A DNA stretch of 64,000 nucleotides from Azolla caroliniana (Eukaryota > Plantae > Polypodiophyta): the NCBI GenBank assembly GCA_043228905.1, contig JBHGNT010000007.1, forward strand, positions 8,556,001-8,620,000, given 5' to 3'. Each line of letters opens with the position of its first letter. The stretch's first letter is position 1. The notes under the pieces are model-generated. The model was not told where the DNA came from. It ran no database searches and saw only the letters and a program-made list of their open reading frames with translations. Positions 12,385 to 24,112 of the stretch are shown in pieces. The position numbers were made by a program, and so were the translations under genes.

Positions 12385-15300
12385 TTGAGTCCAGCCAAAA
12401 TAGGAGCCGTTTGGTTGGACAGCAGCCCTAGATCTGTACAGCCCATTAGTGGTTCCATTCTTTCTAAGCAAGTTAGCAATGTGTTCCTAGCCCAAGTCAT
12501 TGTTATTACTAAAAGTACTCCTCCAGTACTTGTCCTAGCAATTTTAGATTCCGGAGCTAATTCTTGTTTCATGGATCGAAATTTTGCCCAAGCTTCTCAG
12601 ATATCCTTAAGAAAACTTCCTTGTCCCGCATCTGTAGTAGTCATTGATGGTCGTCCCATTGCTTCCGGGAATATTGTAGAAGAATCAGAACCCATTCAAG
12701 TTGTCCTAGGTAGTTTTGTGTGTGTAATATCATTTAATATAATTAGTAGTCCAGAGCATCCCATTGTCCTAGGATTAGCTTGGTTTGAATTACATAATCC
12801 AGCCATAGATTGGAGAACAAGAGAAGTCCGATATCGACCACCCCAAGAATCTACTCACCGAGTTTCGACCATTTCACTCCATCAATTACGCGAAGAAGGA
12901 CACAAGAAGGCAATGTTCCTATTTGCAATATCAGTACATCCTTCCAGCATTATTAAGAAGGACTCCTCAGTACAACTTTCGGCAAAATATCATCCTTATG
13001 CCGATGTATTTGACAAGGTAAAAGCCGGTACCCTTCCTCATCACCGTCCCTATGACTGTCCCATCGATTTACAACCAAGAACCGAGCCACCATGGGGACC
13101 GATTTACAACTTGTCACCCACCGAGTTAGAAGTCCTTCGAGCCTACATAGAGGAGAACTTGGCATGCTGGTTCATCCGTCATTCGAAATCTCCGGCCGGT
13201 GCACCCATCTTCTTTGTCAAGAAGAAAGATGGCTCACTTCGTCTCGTCGTTGATTACCACGGATTGAATAAGGTCACCATCCGGAATAGGTATGCACTTC
13301 TTCTTATATCAAGTCTTTTGGAGCAAGTTAATGGTGCCAAGTTTTTTACCAAAATCGATCTACGAGGAGTGTATAACCTCGTGCGGATCCCACCGGGAGA
13401 TGAATGGAAGACCGCCTTTCACACACGATATGGGCATTTTGAGTATACTGTTATGCTGTTCGGCTTAACCAATGCACCCGCAGTCTTCCAACACATGGCA
13501 AATGATATATTCAGAGACCTCTTGGATATCTGTTTGATCATCTATCTGGATGATCTATTGATTTATTTGAAGACCCAGCAAGAGCACGATTCTCATGTAC
13601 TATTAGTACTAAAACGACTCTGCGAGAATGGTCTTTATGCCAAGCTAGAAAAATGTAGCTTTGACTGCAAGCAAGTGGAATTTCTAGGCTACGTCATCTC
13701 CTCAAAGGGCATCTCCATGGATTCAGCTAAAGTCCAAACTGTACTAGAGTGGCAAATTCCACGGTCAGTACGAGATGTACAATGTTTTCTAGGTTTTGCT
13801 AACTTCTACCGTAAGTTTATACAGGATTACTCGAAGATTATTTTACCCCTCACACAACTTACGAAGAAGGGCCAAGAATTTCTTTGGTCCATTGAAGCAG
13901 ATATGGCTTTTCGACATCTTAAGAAAGCCTTTTCATTAGCACCGATTCCAGCTCATGTGGATACCAGCAAACCATTCATCATGGAGGCCGACGCTTCAGA
14001 TTTCACTCTCGGTAGCATCCTTTCTCAACAAGGAGATAAAGAAGAGTTGCATCAGGCGGCTTTCCATTCGTGCAAATTCGATGTCGCGGAAATCAACTAC
14101 GAAATACATGACAAGGAGTTATTAGCCATCATGGATTCATTTGTGCAATGGCGGCATTTCTTAGAGGGCTCTCCACATCAGGTCATTGTCTTTAGTGATC
14201 ATAAAAATCTTGCTTATTTCCAGAACGCTCGTGTATTAAATCGACGGCAAGCTCGGTGGGCACAATTCCTCATGCATTTCGACTTCAAAATCACATATCG
14301 ACCGGGGAAGCAGCAAGGAAAAGCAGATGCACTATCACAACGTTCGTATCTTACACCTCGTCCTGGTGATCCAACATTTGATAATCAAAAGCAAGTAATC
14401 TTGGGACCAACACGATTGCACACCACACAGATTTTTCACATCCCGATGGATTCACGGATTACCGATGACATACATGCAAACTTGAAGACAGATAGCTTTG
14501 CTCAAGACATCTTGGCGCACATTGATACTTCTCGGGCATCCTGTTCTCAGTCTCAACAACCAGGTATTGACTACCGACAATTCGAATATCATGATGGATT
14601 GTTATTCTTTAAAAAGCGCGTATATGTCCCCGATTGCTCCTGTCGCCTTCAAATCGTCCAGCATTGGCACGACACCCATACAGCGGGACATTTCGGTAAA
14701 ACTAAGACGTTGGAGCTAGTGCAGCGATCTTTTTGGTGGCCCGACATGCGCCGTTTTGTTGACGACTACGTTCGGACCTGTGATGCTTGTTGCCAAGCAA
14801 AGATGCCACGACACCATCCATATGGCTTGTTGGAATCCTTACCGATTCCAAGTAAGCCGTGACAGTCTATTTGTCTTGATTTTATCACAGATTTGCTGGT
14901 CTCGCAGGGGTTCGATGCTATCTTAACCGTCGTCGATCGATATACGAAGATGGCACATTTCGTTCCGTGTACTAAGGCCATCACTGGCGAGGAAACTGCC
15001 ACCCTAATCATGCATGAGGTATTTCGGCATCATGGCCTCCCAGACAGTATCATCAGTGACCGAGGACCGCAATTTGTCTCCAAATTTTGGCAGCATCTCT
15101 TCAAGATGCTCAAGGTCTCTTGCAACCTCTCCTCCGGCTACCATCCTCAGACCGATGGGCAGGCGGAACGAACAAACCAAACGCTGGAGCAATATCTCCG
15201 GTGTTTCCTAAGTTATCAGCAAGAAGATTGGGCCGAGATTCTCCACTTTGCGGAGTTTGCGTATAATAATGTTGTTCACTCCTCGATTCGAGTCTCCCCA

Positions 15301-16121
15301 TTCTACGCTTATACCGGTTCTCATCCTCGTTGGTCGGTGATCGACACCCCGGAACTACCTTCCAATCCTCGTGCCGGGAATCATTTGGAGAGACTACGCA
15401 AGATCCAGACAGATCTCTCGACTCATCTTCGTCATGTTCAACAGACACAGAAGACTTACGCGGATCGTCATCGGCTTCCCTCCTCTTTTTCCATCAGAGA
15501 TCGAGTATGGCTCTTACGTCGTCACATCAAGACTACTCGATCGTGCGACAAGTTGGATTATTGACGACTCGGTCCTTTCCGTATTACGGGTAAGGTTAAT
15601 GATGTCACATTCCGCCTTGATCTCCCTCCACAGCTTCAGATACATCCAGTTTTCCATTGTTCTCTTCTTGAACCTTATAAAGCAAACACCATTCCCGATC
15701 GTGTTACACCACCGCCACCCCCGCTCGAGTTGGACGCCGGCCCAGAGTATGAAGTTGCTGCCATCCTCGATTCCAAACTTATTCGCAACAAACTTTATTA
15801 TTTGGTCGATTGGCTTGGTTATAGTCCGAGCTTCTGGAACCTTATAAAGCAAACACCATTCCCGATCATGTTACACCGCTGCCGCCCCCGCTCGAGTTGG
15901 ACGCCGGCCCGGAGTATGAAGTTGCTACCATCCTCGATTCCAAACTTATTCGCAACAAACTTTATTATTTGGTTGATTGGCTTGGTTATAGTCCGAGCGA
16001 ACGCACTTGGGAACCCATCGAGCATGTTGTCAATGCTCAAGATCTGCTTGCTGATTTCCATCGAAAGTATCCAGACAAACCCGGTCCGCAATCAACATCG
16101 ACTCGTTCCACTCGTCTTTAA
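12385..16121 (+). pseudogene. pol: Chromovirus pol (protease, RT, RNase H, integrase, chromodomain) with in-frame stops
   Basis: ILDSGA protease, YLDD RT, EADASD/EIHDKELLAI RNase H, H-H-C-C zinc motif, ISDRGPQF and HPQTDGQAER integrase core, EYEV..ILDSK...YLVDW.GY chromodomain. TGA stops end the frames at 14862 and 15564. Confidence 0.93.
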
Positions 16122-16768
16122 GGGAGAGATAGTGTCATGATATGGCAAGACTCGAACCCATGACCTTATGGTATATGGGTCGAGCTCTTAACCATCACAC
16201 CATCTATTGTAATTCATAGGATATTATTTTCATTTATGTTTTATTATAAGAAAGTAATGTATATTCCAGATTTCTCTAGAACATTCTAGAAGTTTCAGGA
16301 TTAGTCCTGACAACACTATAAAAGAAGGCACTAGACATTATGTTGAACCAAATTAGTTCAACGCCAGTCTTAAGCCTCTTAGCCACTTTGTACTTATCTT
16401 TTCACATAATATATTAGCTGTTGTCATCATCTTTCTCTCTCTCTCATCCTCGCTATCTCTCTCTCTCCTCTTCTCACTTCCTCTCTCGGGAATCTCACGC
16501 AGTCCCGTCTTCTTAGTACTAATAGTACTTCTCTTCTTAGTACTAATTCCATATCTGCTTTAGTACTATTCTTGACAGCTACTAATCTAATCAAAATAAT
16601 TGTTTCATTATTTATATTTATTTATTTACATAGTTTTTATATCGTGTGTGAAAAACCACACGACATTCACCTCCACAAAACCTGCACATCCACCGGTATG
16701 TGCCAATTTTGGTGACTCTCCACTTTTGATTACTTTACTTTTTTATTGATGTACTCGAATCGCCATTG

Positions 16769-18691
16769 TCATCCGATCCACCATATTCTTCGTTCAATCT
16801 TTGCATTTCCATGACCGATTGTCATGGCTCTCTTTGCTCCTCTAGAGCATAATGCTTCACTCTTTATGCATGTGCCACCTTCATCTCGGCCATCTCCTTG
16901 GTCATCTAATTTTCTCTTATCATTCTTTCTTGTTCCATGCATGTCTTTCAAAAGCCTTATCGAAATACTATGGTTGAGTACTCTTAGCGATTCATTATTT
17001 AGTGTCATGCTCTCCTCTAGGTGCTTAAGTGACCACACTGCATGTTTCGCACTTTGTCCACTTTCTTGGTATACTCTTGTGTTGGAATTGACCATGACTT
17101 CTACGCTAGTATTATCCTTGTTAAATTTTGTGATCACATCTTTCATATCCGCTTGGCCCACTTGACCCATATCTTTGCTTTTTGAGGTTTGCTTGGTCTC
17201 TTTGTCGCACACATTAGCTTTTGTCTTCGTGCTTTGCTCGACCTCTTTGTCGCACGCATGGACTTTCATCATGTTTCTTTGCTTTACTTCCTTGTTGCAC
17301 ACATTGGCTTTCACCCTTGCTTCCTCGCCGCCATCGTCCTTCTCTTGGATCTTACATCGGTTAATGCCCAAGTCTCTCAAACGAGTGTGGAGGAATTTTG
17401 TAGTTTGGCATTGCCTTTGTCGTGCTACCCTTAGCCACATCCACCTTATGGTTGTTCGCATTGGCTTTGACCTTTGTTTCTTTGCCGCCACCTTCTGTCT
17501 CTTGGGTCTTACATCAGTTAATGCCCAAGGCTCAAGAACTTTTGTGGGGAAAGTCTCTTCATGATGGTTGTCTACCGTCTTCGGCTTGATGTCATTCTTC
17601 ATGGCTATCTCTTTAGACTCATGGGCCTCGTACCCATTAATCCTCTTGTTCGAGCAAGCCTCGATTATTCTCCTCTCTTCTTTGCATGTGTTAATTTTGG
17701 CCTTCACTTCCTCGCCGCCACCTTCCATCTCTTGGGTCTCATGTTTGCTTTCCGACGCATCTGCCCAAGTCTCTGGAACAAGTGTGGAGAAAGTCTCGAC
17801 ACGGCCATCCGCCATTGACTCGTCCATAGCCACCTCTGACTCGATGTCGTTTTTCGTGGCTATCTCCTTAATCATGTTGACTTTACACTTTTTATCTCCC
17901 TTGATCATGCAAGCTTTGCTCATGCTTGCACCTTCATCATTTGATGTTTCAGACATGATACATGTTTCGAAACATTTGTCTTCACTTGAAGTTACATTCG
18001 CCACCCTCAATTCATTGGTTTCTTTCTTCATCATTCTTTCTTTGCAAGATGAGAAAGTATCTTGTTCCACACCTTCTTCCGTGGTTACATCGTGGTACCG
18101 AACCTGGGCCTTTGTATCAACCGTAACATTAATCCGCATTTGTTGGGGGGCCTCTTCTTCTTCGCTCATCATTTGCTTCAGTTTTTGCTCCTTTTGAAGC
18201 TTCTCTTCAACCTCAACTTGCGCCTTTAAGTTCTCGAATGCCTCTTCCATCAAGACGTCTATGTCGAGTATTGTTGAACCTTCCCTCTTCGAGTTTTCTT
18301 CTTTAGGTGGAAGTTTGTAGTTGCATTCCGTCCTCCTTTCACCATCCGTCGTGGGTTGTTTTGTTGTAGATGAGAATCTTGTCTTCATCTTATCATGTAG
18401 TTCACATACTCTTTCCACTTTCATCCAATCCTCGGTGAGGCCATTTTCACCATCATCATCCTCAAGTCGGATTCCAATGGCCTTCCTTTCCTTCCAATCA
18501 ATTGAATTCACAAACATTAGGACTTTTTCCACCCCCACCAATCTTTGATCCCACTCCGAGAGTTGTGCAAAGCAACACTTGAACTCAACAAAAGCATGCA
18601 TGGCACTTTGGTGGGTCTCTAATGATGATACCCATTGGTCAAACTCGTATAGTTTGCATCTCTTCGGCTCTTTGTATCTATATGCCTCCAT
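16769..18691 (-). CDS. gag: Gag-like protein with a long acidic/low-complexity tail, 5'-truncated relative to element D
   Basis: N-terminus is homologous to ORFs 42058-44139 and 54934-55818 (KVLMFV.SID.KER..IGI.LEDDDG.NGLTE.W). It sits directly after the PBS. Confidence 0.7.
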   Translation of the reverse strand: MEAYRYKEPKRCKLYEFDQWVSSLETHQSAMHAFVEFKCCFAQLSEWDQRLVGVEKVLMFVNSIDWKERKAIGIRLEDDDGENGLTEDWMKVERVCELHDKMKTRFSSTTKQPTTDGERRTECNYKLPPKEENSKREGSTILDIDVLMEEAFENLKAQVEVEEKLQKEQKLKQMMSEEEEAPQQMRINVTVDTKAQVRYHDVTTEEGVEQDTFSSCKERMMKKETNELRVANVTSSEDKCFETCIMSETSNDEGASMSKACMIKGDKKCKVNMIKEIATKNDIESEVAMDESMADGRVETFSTLVPETWADASESKHETQEMEGGGEEVKAKINTCKEERRIIEACSNKRINGYEAHESKEIAMKNDIKPKTVDNHHEETFPTKVLEPWALTDVRPKRQKVAAKKQRSKPMRTTIRWMWLRVARQRQCQTTKFLHTRLRDLGINRCKIQEKDDGGEEARVKANVCNKEVKQRNMMKVHACDKEVEQSTKTKANVCDKETKQTSKSKDMGQVGQADMKDVITKFNKDNTSVEVMVNSNTRVYQESGQSAKHAVWSLKHLEESMTLNNESLRVLNHSISIRLLKDMHGTRKNDKRKLDDQGDGRDEGGTCIKSEALCSRGAKRAMTIGHGNAKIERRIWWIG

Positions 18692-19930
18692 GAGATATGC
18701 TCCTACTGCCTCGTTTCACGTCGGGTTCACCAAAGATGTCGCGAAAATACGACGAGGATACGTGAACTTTGAGGCAAGACCCCGGGGCCTCCGACCGGAA
18801 GATGTCAAATTCGTATGCTTATATTAAACCATTGATGGAAAATGAGAAAGATTGACAAATTTCATTAACAAATAGAAAAGAAAAATTACAATCAATCTCA
18901 AGATTGGGATTACAAAAGTTTTAGCTTATGGAGATTGCTAGAATAATAGATTAGAAGAAACTAAGATACGGATTCGATAGGAAAATTATATGGCTTCCGT
19001 AGGGAAAATTAGGGTTTATGACTTCCGTAAGGAAATTTAGGGTTCTTCGCTTCGATAAGATAAGGGAGCTCAGAAGGAAATAAAATAAAATAAAGATAAT
19101 ACGAAGAGAGCCTGAGTGTAGGAAAAAAAATGGAATTTTATATGGAGTTCTCCCTTGATCATCTGCATGTCTAGTTTTTGTTGCATGGCCTCTACTTTTA
19201 GTTGCTTAGCTTTTTCTTTTAGTTGCATGCCTTTTTCTTTTAGTTGCATGCGACCGTCCACATGACCTTTACTTTAGTTTTCTCCACTTCACTTTAATTA
19301 GCCACATGATCCTTTTATCCATTCGGTTTGCGTCCAGCCTCGTCCGGTCGCTGGTTCCGTTTAGTCGCCGACTGCCGCCGCCTCGCCGATTGCCATCGCC
19401 TCGTCAGCTCCGCCGCCGTTGCCGGTTTACTTACTGGCCGGTTTTTGGTTTTGCTTACCGGCCCGGTTCCGAACTGCTTCATGGCTGGTTCCGGTTTGCT
19501 TCCCGGCCGATTTCCGGTTTTGCTTACTGGCCGGTTCCGGTTTTGCTTACCAGCCGGGTTCCGGTTTGCTTACCAGCCGGTTTCCGGTTTTTGGGAATTT
19601 AGCCAGCATCATCCATCAAGACAAAGTGGCCAAAGTTCTCTTAGCACAAATAAAAAATGAGGGATCTCAATGTGCTTATATAGCCAGGGCCTTAAGTTTC
19701 CTATCTATGTGGAATACTTCAAATTTCTATTTTCCCTATCTTCTCAAGCTTAATCTCCACCTAACTTGATATGTAGTTGTCTATTTTGTATTTAGTAAAA
19801 TGCGTTTTGAAGCTCTTGAGTATATCCATATTTCTATGACAAGCTACTAATCTAATCTAAAATAATTGTTTCATTATTTATATTTATTTTTTACATAGTT
19901 TTCATATCGTGTGTGCAAAACAACACAAAA

Positions 19931-22049
19931 GGGCAAGTATGAGCTCTCTGATAGGATGAAGAAGAGGGTGAGACAGGGAAGCGATGACAGTGATGAGAGT
20001 TAGAAGGTTGATTTTTGTGTTGTGTAGAAAACCTTCTATTTCCTTCTTTCTGTGGCCTAGGGTTCGTTGGTTGGTGAGCCATCGTGGTGCCGCGTGTTCT
20101 TGGCCTAGAAGTTTGTGCATGCCTTAAGTCCTTTTAATATCGTCGTTATCTTCTCTTTCTTTCTTTTTCGTAACGGTTACATACAATACTATTTTTACAC
20201 TATAATACAAGTGGGGCCATCTACTTACTCCGCGGATTCTCCGGCTTTGTTTGATCCGGTAGGGAACAAGTTAGGTGGCGTAGGTCCCAGATAAGGTTTA
20301 AGGCGAAACCCATTCACTTTTTGTCGTAACACTTCCCCGGCCAACATGCACATTTGAAACGTGCCCTGTTCTGCTCCTACTATCCAGTACGGGCCTGTCC
20401 AGCGGAATCTTAATTTTCCTGGCATATGCCCCATGCGTGTTTGGAAAACTAATACCGCTTTTCCAACCGTTAAATCTTTTTCACGTGCATGCCGGTGTTA
20501 GTCCACGAATGCTTTGTGCCGCCGTTGTTCCTGCTCTAATATGGCCATACTACGTAACCTTGTTTCTCCTAGCTATAGCAGTTGTTGTAGCCGTACTTGT
20601 TCGGATTTGCCCTCTGGTAGCCGGGCTCATACTTGAATCCGCAGACTGGGTACTTGGAATTCGACTGGCATCACAGCCTCTAGACCAAATGCTAGCCTGA
20701 ACGATGTTGATTGTATGCTGATCTTATAGGTGGTACGGTATTCCCATAACGTGCTATGCAACTTGGTGTCCCAATCTGTCCTGTTCTCATTGACTATCTT
20801 TTTGAGGATAGTTTGGAGGGTTTTGTTCATGGATGAGCTTGATAGGGCAGCTGAAACGACACCAAATCTGTTCGTAAAGGAATTTCGCCGTGACTGCCGC
20901 GGTATTCTCACGCAATGGTTTCGCTTCTACCCACTTGGTACAGTAATCTGTGGTTACCAGGATATACTTATTACCTGTTCGAGTAGCCGCGGCCCCCACT
21001 TTTGGAAACGATCCAATGGTAACACTGGTTGGTGTGGCATTCTCACGACTTCCGTGGGCTGGCCCAGTCGTTGACATGAATCACACTGTTTGCAATATTC
21101 ATACGCGTCCTTTTGTGTCGTCGGCCACCAAAGTCCTGCTGGGCAAATTTTCCGGGCCGTAACATCGCTCGCGTAATGTCCTCCTGCCGTACCAGAATGG
21201 GCTTCGCGTAGAACCGCGGCCTTCTCATCCTGCCGTATTCCGCGCCTCAAGATGTTGTCACTGCCCTTGTGGTATAGTATGTCTGCCACTAAACAGAAGT
21301 TTCGACTTTGTACGGCCAACCGTTTTTTCTCGTCTGTTCATAATTGAGGTGGCGGTAACCCTATGGTCAGGAAGTAGGTCATTTCCATGAGACACCGATC
21401 CGGGACAGTCTTTTCCGTTCGTTCTGCTAGCATTGCTACCCGCAGAATGTCCGCATCTGGAAAGTCATTGTCATCCTTCTACACCGTTTCTCCATTATCG
21501 AGTCTGCTCAAAAACTCTGCCACTACGTGTTGTGTACCTAGGCGGTCCTGAATTCGAAAGTCGAATTCTTGAAGCAGCAGCATCCATCTCGCCACTTTCC
21601 CCGTCAGCGCTTGTTTCCCTACCAAATATAGGAGTGCCGAATGATCCACGTGAAACGTGAATTTTCGCCCTAGCAGATAATGTCGGAACTTATTGATGCT
21701 ATAGATCATACCCAATGCGTCACGTTCCATTGTGGGATAGTTACGATCAGCCGTTGGTAATTTCCGACTAGCGTAGTACACCGGCCGGTACCAATTCGGC
21801 TCCGTGAGCTGCATTAGCGCACTACCTATTTTTATGTCTGAGGCATCTACGAACACGTGGAATGGCTTCGCCCAAACTGGTGGTTGTATGACGGTTGCCT
21901 GCGTTAGCATTACCTTTAACGCATCATATGCCTTCTCTTCCGTAGATGTCCATTGGAAGGGAGTTTGATGAACGGTGGCATGTAACGGCGTGGCGAAGTC
22001 CGCCAAATAGCGTATCATTTGATTATACCATCATATTTGCCCTAAAAAC
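19931..22049 (-). mobile_element. Degenerate Gypsy pol fragment (RNase H, integrase, post-pol spacer), same family as element E
   Basis: Motifs [16 protein letters not shown] and GKLRFRWTGPY. Collinear with 35000-36390 and 48283-50300. Confidence 0.88.
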
Positions 22050-24112
22050 TGTCAAGAATGAGAGAAAAAAAGAGAGAGAAAAAGAGATAGAGAGATAATT
22101 GAAAGAGAATTATTATATTGAAGTGTAAAATGAATTACAAAGAGTAGGCTACAAAATGGCGTTGAACCAATTTAGGTTTGGGATGGGTGGTAGATCCCTA
22201 TTTATAAGTAATAGAGAACACTCTAGAATATTCTAGGTTATCCTAGAATGTAGAGTAATCTAGAAGATCTCTAGAGTATTCTAGAAGGTTCTAGTGGTAT
22301 AGAACACTCTAGAATATTCTAGGTCATTCTAGAATGTAGAGCAATATAGAATATTCCTATGATATTAGATTTCATATTCTAGAAACTATACATATAAGAA
22401 TATTAATACAATGGTTAAAGATTTGACATGTGTACAACAAGGTCGTGGGTTCAAATCCTTTCGAGTCATAATGTGAGTGTCATGATCCTTTCGATGCATG
22501 ATGTGAGTGTTATCATGACACTATCCCCTCCTTTGACGACACGTCTCACGGGTCGTAGGGTTTGTATTAGGACTTGGTCTACAAGGATATTGGCAATTAA
22601 ATGCATTGACGAGTTCTGCAGCATTGGAAAGATTTGCGGCAGATTCCCAAGTTCGATCATTGGGGGTATAGCGTAGCCAATTGACTAAGTAATACAGCTT
22701 GTTGCGCACGATTTTAGAATCAAGGGCGGCAACAATTTCAAATTCAGGCCCGTCCAAGAACTTGACAGATGGTGGGGGTGTCGTAAGATGGCCCGGAATT
22801 GAACTTGTAGTATAAGGTTCCGAAAGGGATACATGAAACACCGGATGAAGATGCATGTGCGGAGGGAGGTCAAGACGAAATGCAACATCACTTATCTTAC
22901 CAGTGATCATGTAAGGGCCAAAACGTTGGTAATCCAATTTACTGCAAGGTCGAGTGGTCTTGATGTTGTGTTGGAGAAGCCATACATGATCCCCAATGCA
23001 GAACTTTTTTGACGAGTCTAGACGATGACGATCGGCAAGCCTCTTGTGTGTAAATTGAGCATCGTGCAAATTGTGGAGAATGTTAGCTTGAATTTCTTGG
23101 AGGTGACTAAGACGATCCTCGGCAACAGGGTTGGTAGGAACTTCTGGATGCGCATTCATCGTCCACCGAGGATGGCAACCCGTATTTGCAAAAAATGGGG
23201 AATATCATGTAGAAGAATGGGCTGAGTTGTTGTAAGCGAATTCCGCCAAGTGCAAAAAATCAACCCAATCATCTTGTTGATAGTTGATGAAACAACAAAG
23301 ATATTGTTCCAATGTCTGGTTGGTACGCTCTGTTTGGCCATTTGTTTCAGGATGACAGCCCGAAGAAAGCTTAACTGAAATGTGGAGAAGTTTGAACAGG
23401 TGCTTCCAAATTTTTGAGATGAATTGTGGACCACGATCACTAATAATGTCATCAGGCCGACCATGATGCTTAAATACATCCCGCATAACAAGATCAGCCG
23501 CCTCTTGACTAGTAATCGACTTTGTACATGGAAACAAATGTGCCATTTTGGTAAATCGATCAACCACTGTGAGAATTGCATCAAAACCTTTTGAAACTGG
23601 GAGATCAGTAATGAAGTCCACGGATATAGACTTCCAAGGAGTTTCCGGAATGGGAAGTGGTTGTAGTAAGCCATAAGGTCGGTGATGAGGATTCTTTGAT
23701 CGACAACATATATCACAGCTCCGAACATACTCCTCAACAAAATGACGAAGGCGAGGCCACCAATAGTGTCAAGAAATTAATTCTAGAGTCTTGTGAACTC
23801 CAAAATGACCAGCCATTGGTGAGTCATGGCAATGTTGCAAAACTTGTTGCCATGGGGGACCATCAGGAACATACAATAAATTTTATAGAAATAGAAAACC
23901 ACCATGCCAATTGAATTGACAATAGTCATTACGAGGATTTTTTGACCGTGAGCAAGAAGCACGATCCAGGACGATATGATCCAAAACATCCTTGGCGAAA
24001 TCATCCGTGGCCATATGATCTCGAATGGAATCAAGAAGAGTGGTATGGGACGCCGATCGAGGCTCGAGTTCATCTCGATCCCTTCGCTCGGGGGTGGTCG
24101 GGTGGATCGGCA
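22050..24112 (-). mobile_element. Second chromovirus, 5'-truncated: integrase-chromodomain plus 3' LTR 22050-22520
   Basis: MDFITDLP, ISDRGPQF and a chromodomain (EFEIVAALDSK...YLVNW). PPT GGAGGGGATAG. LTR termini TGTCA...TGACA. Confidence 0.9.

Larger units (their letters stand above)
10785..16577 (+). mobile_element. Element A: Ty3/Gypsy chromovirus (Tcn1/Tf1-like, self-priming); 5' LTR 10785-11154 (U3-truncated), 3' LTR 16133-16577
   Basis: Domain order gag-PR-RT-RH-IN-chromodomain. PPT AAGGGAGAGATAG at 16120-16132. 3' LTR termini TGTCA...TGACA. Flanks gcta(t)/gctac match the empty site in the host LTR at ~19843. Confidence 0.93.
9536..19930 (-). mobile_element. Element B: tRNA-Trp-primed, gag-only LTR element; 3' LTR 9536-10784 + 16578-16665 (split by chromovirus A), 5' LTR 18737-~19930
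   Basis: TGTCG...CGACA termini. PBS TGGTGAACCCGACGTGAA (plus 18715-18732) is complementary to plant tRNA-Trp(CCA). The 2.07-kb internal region has no RT or IN. Confidence 0.8.
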
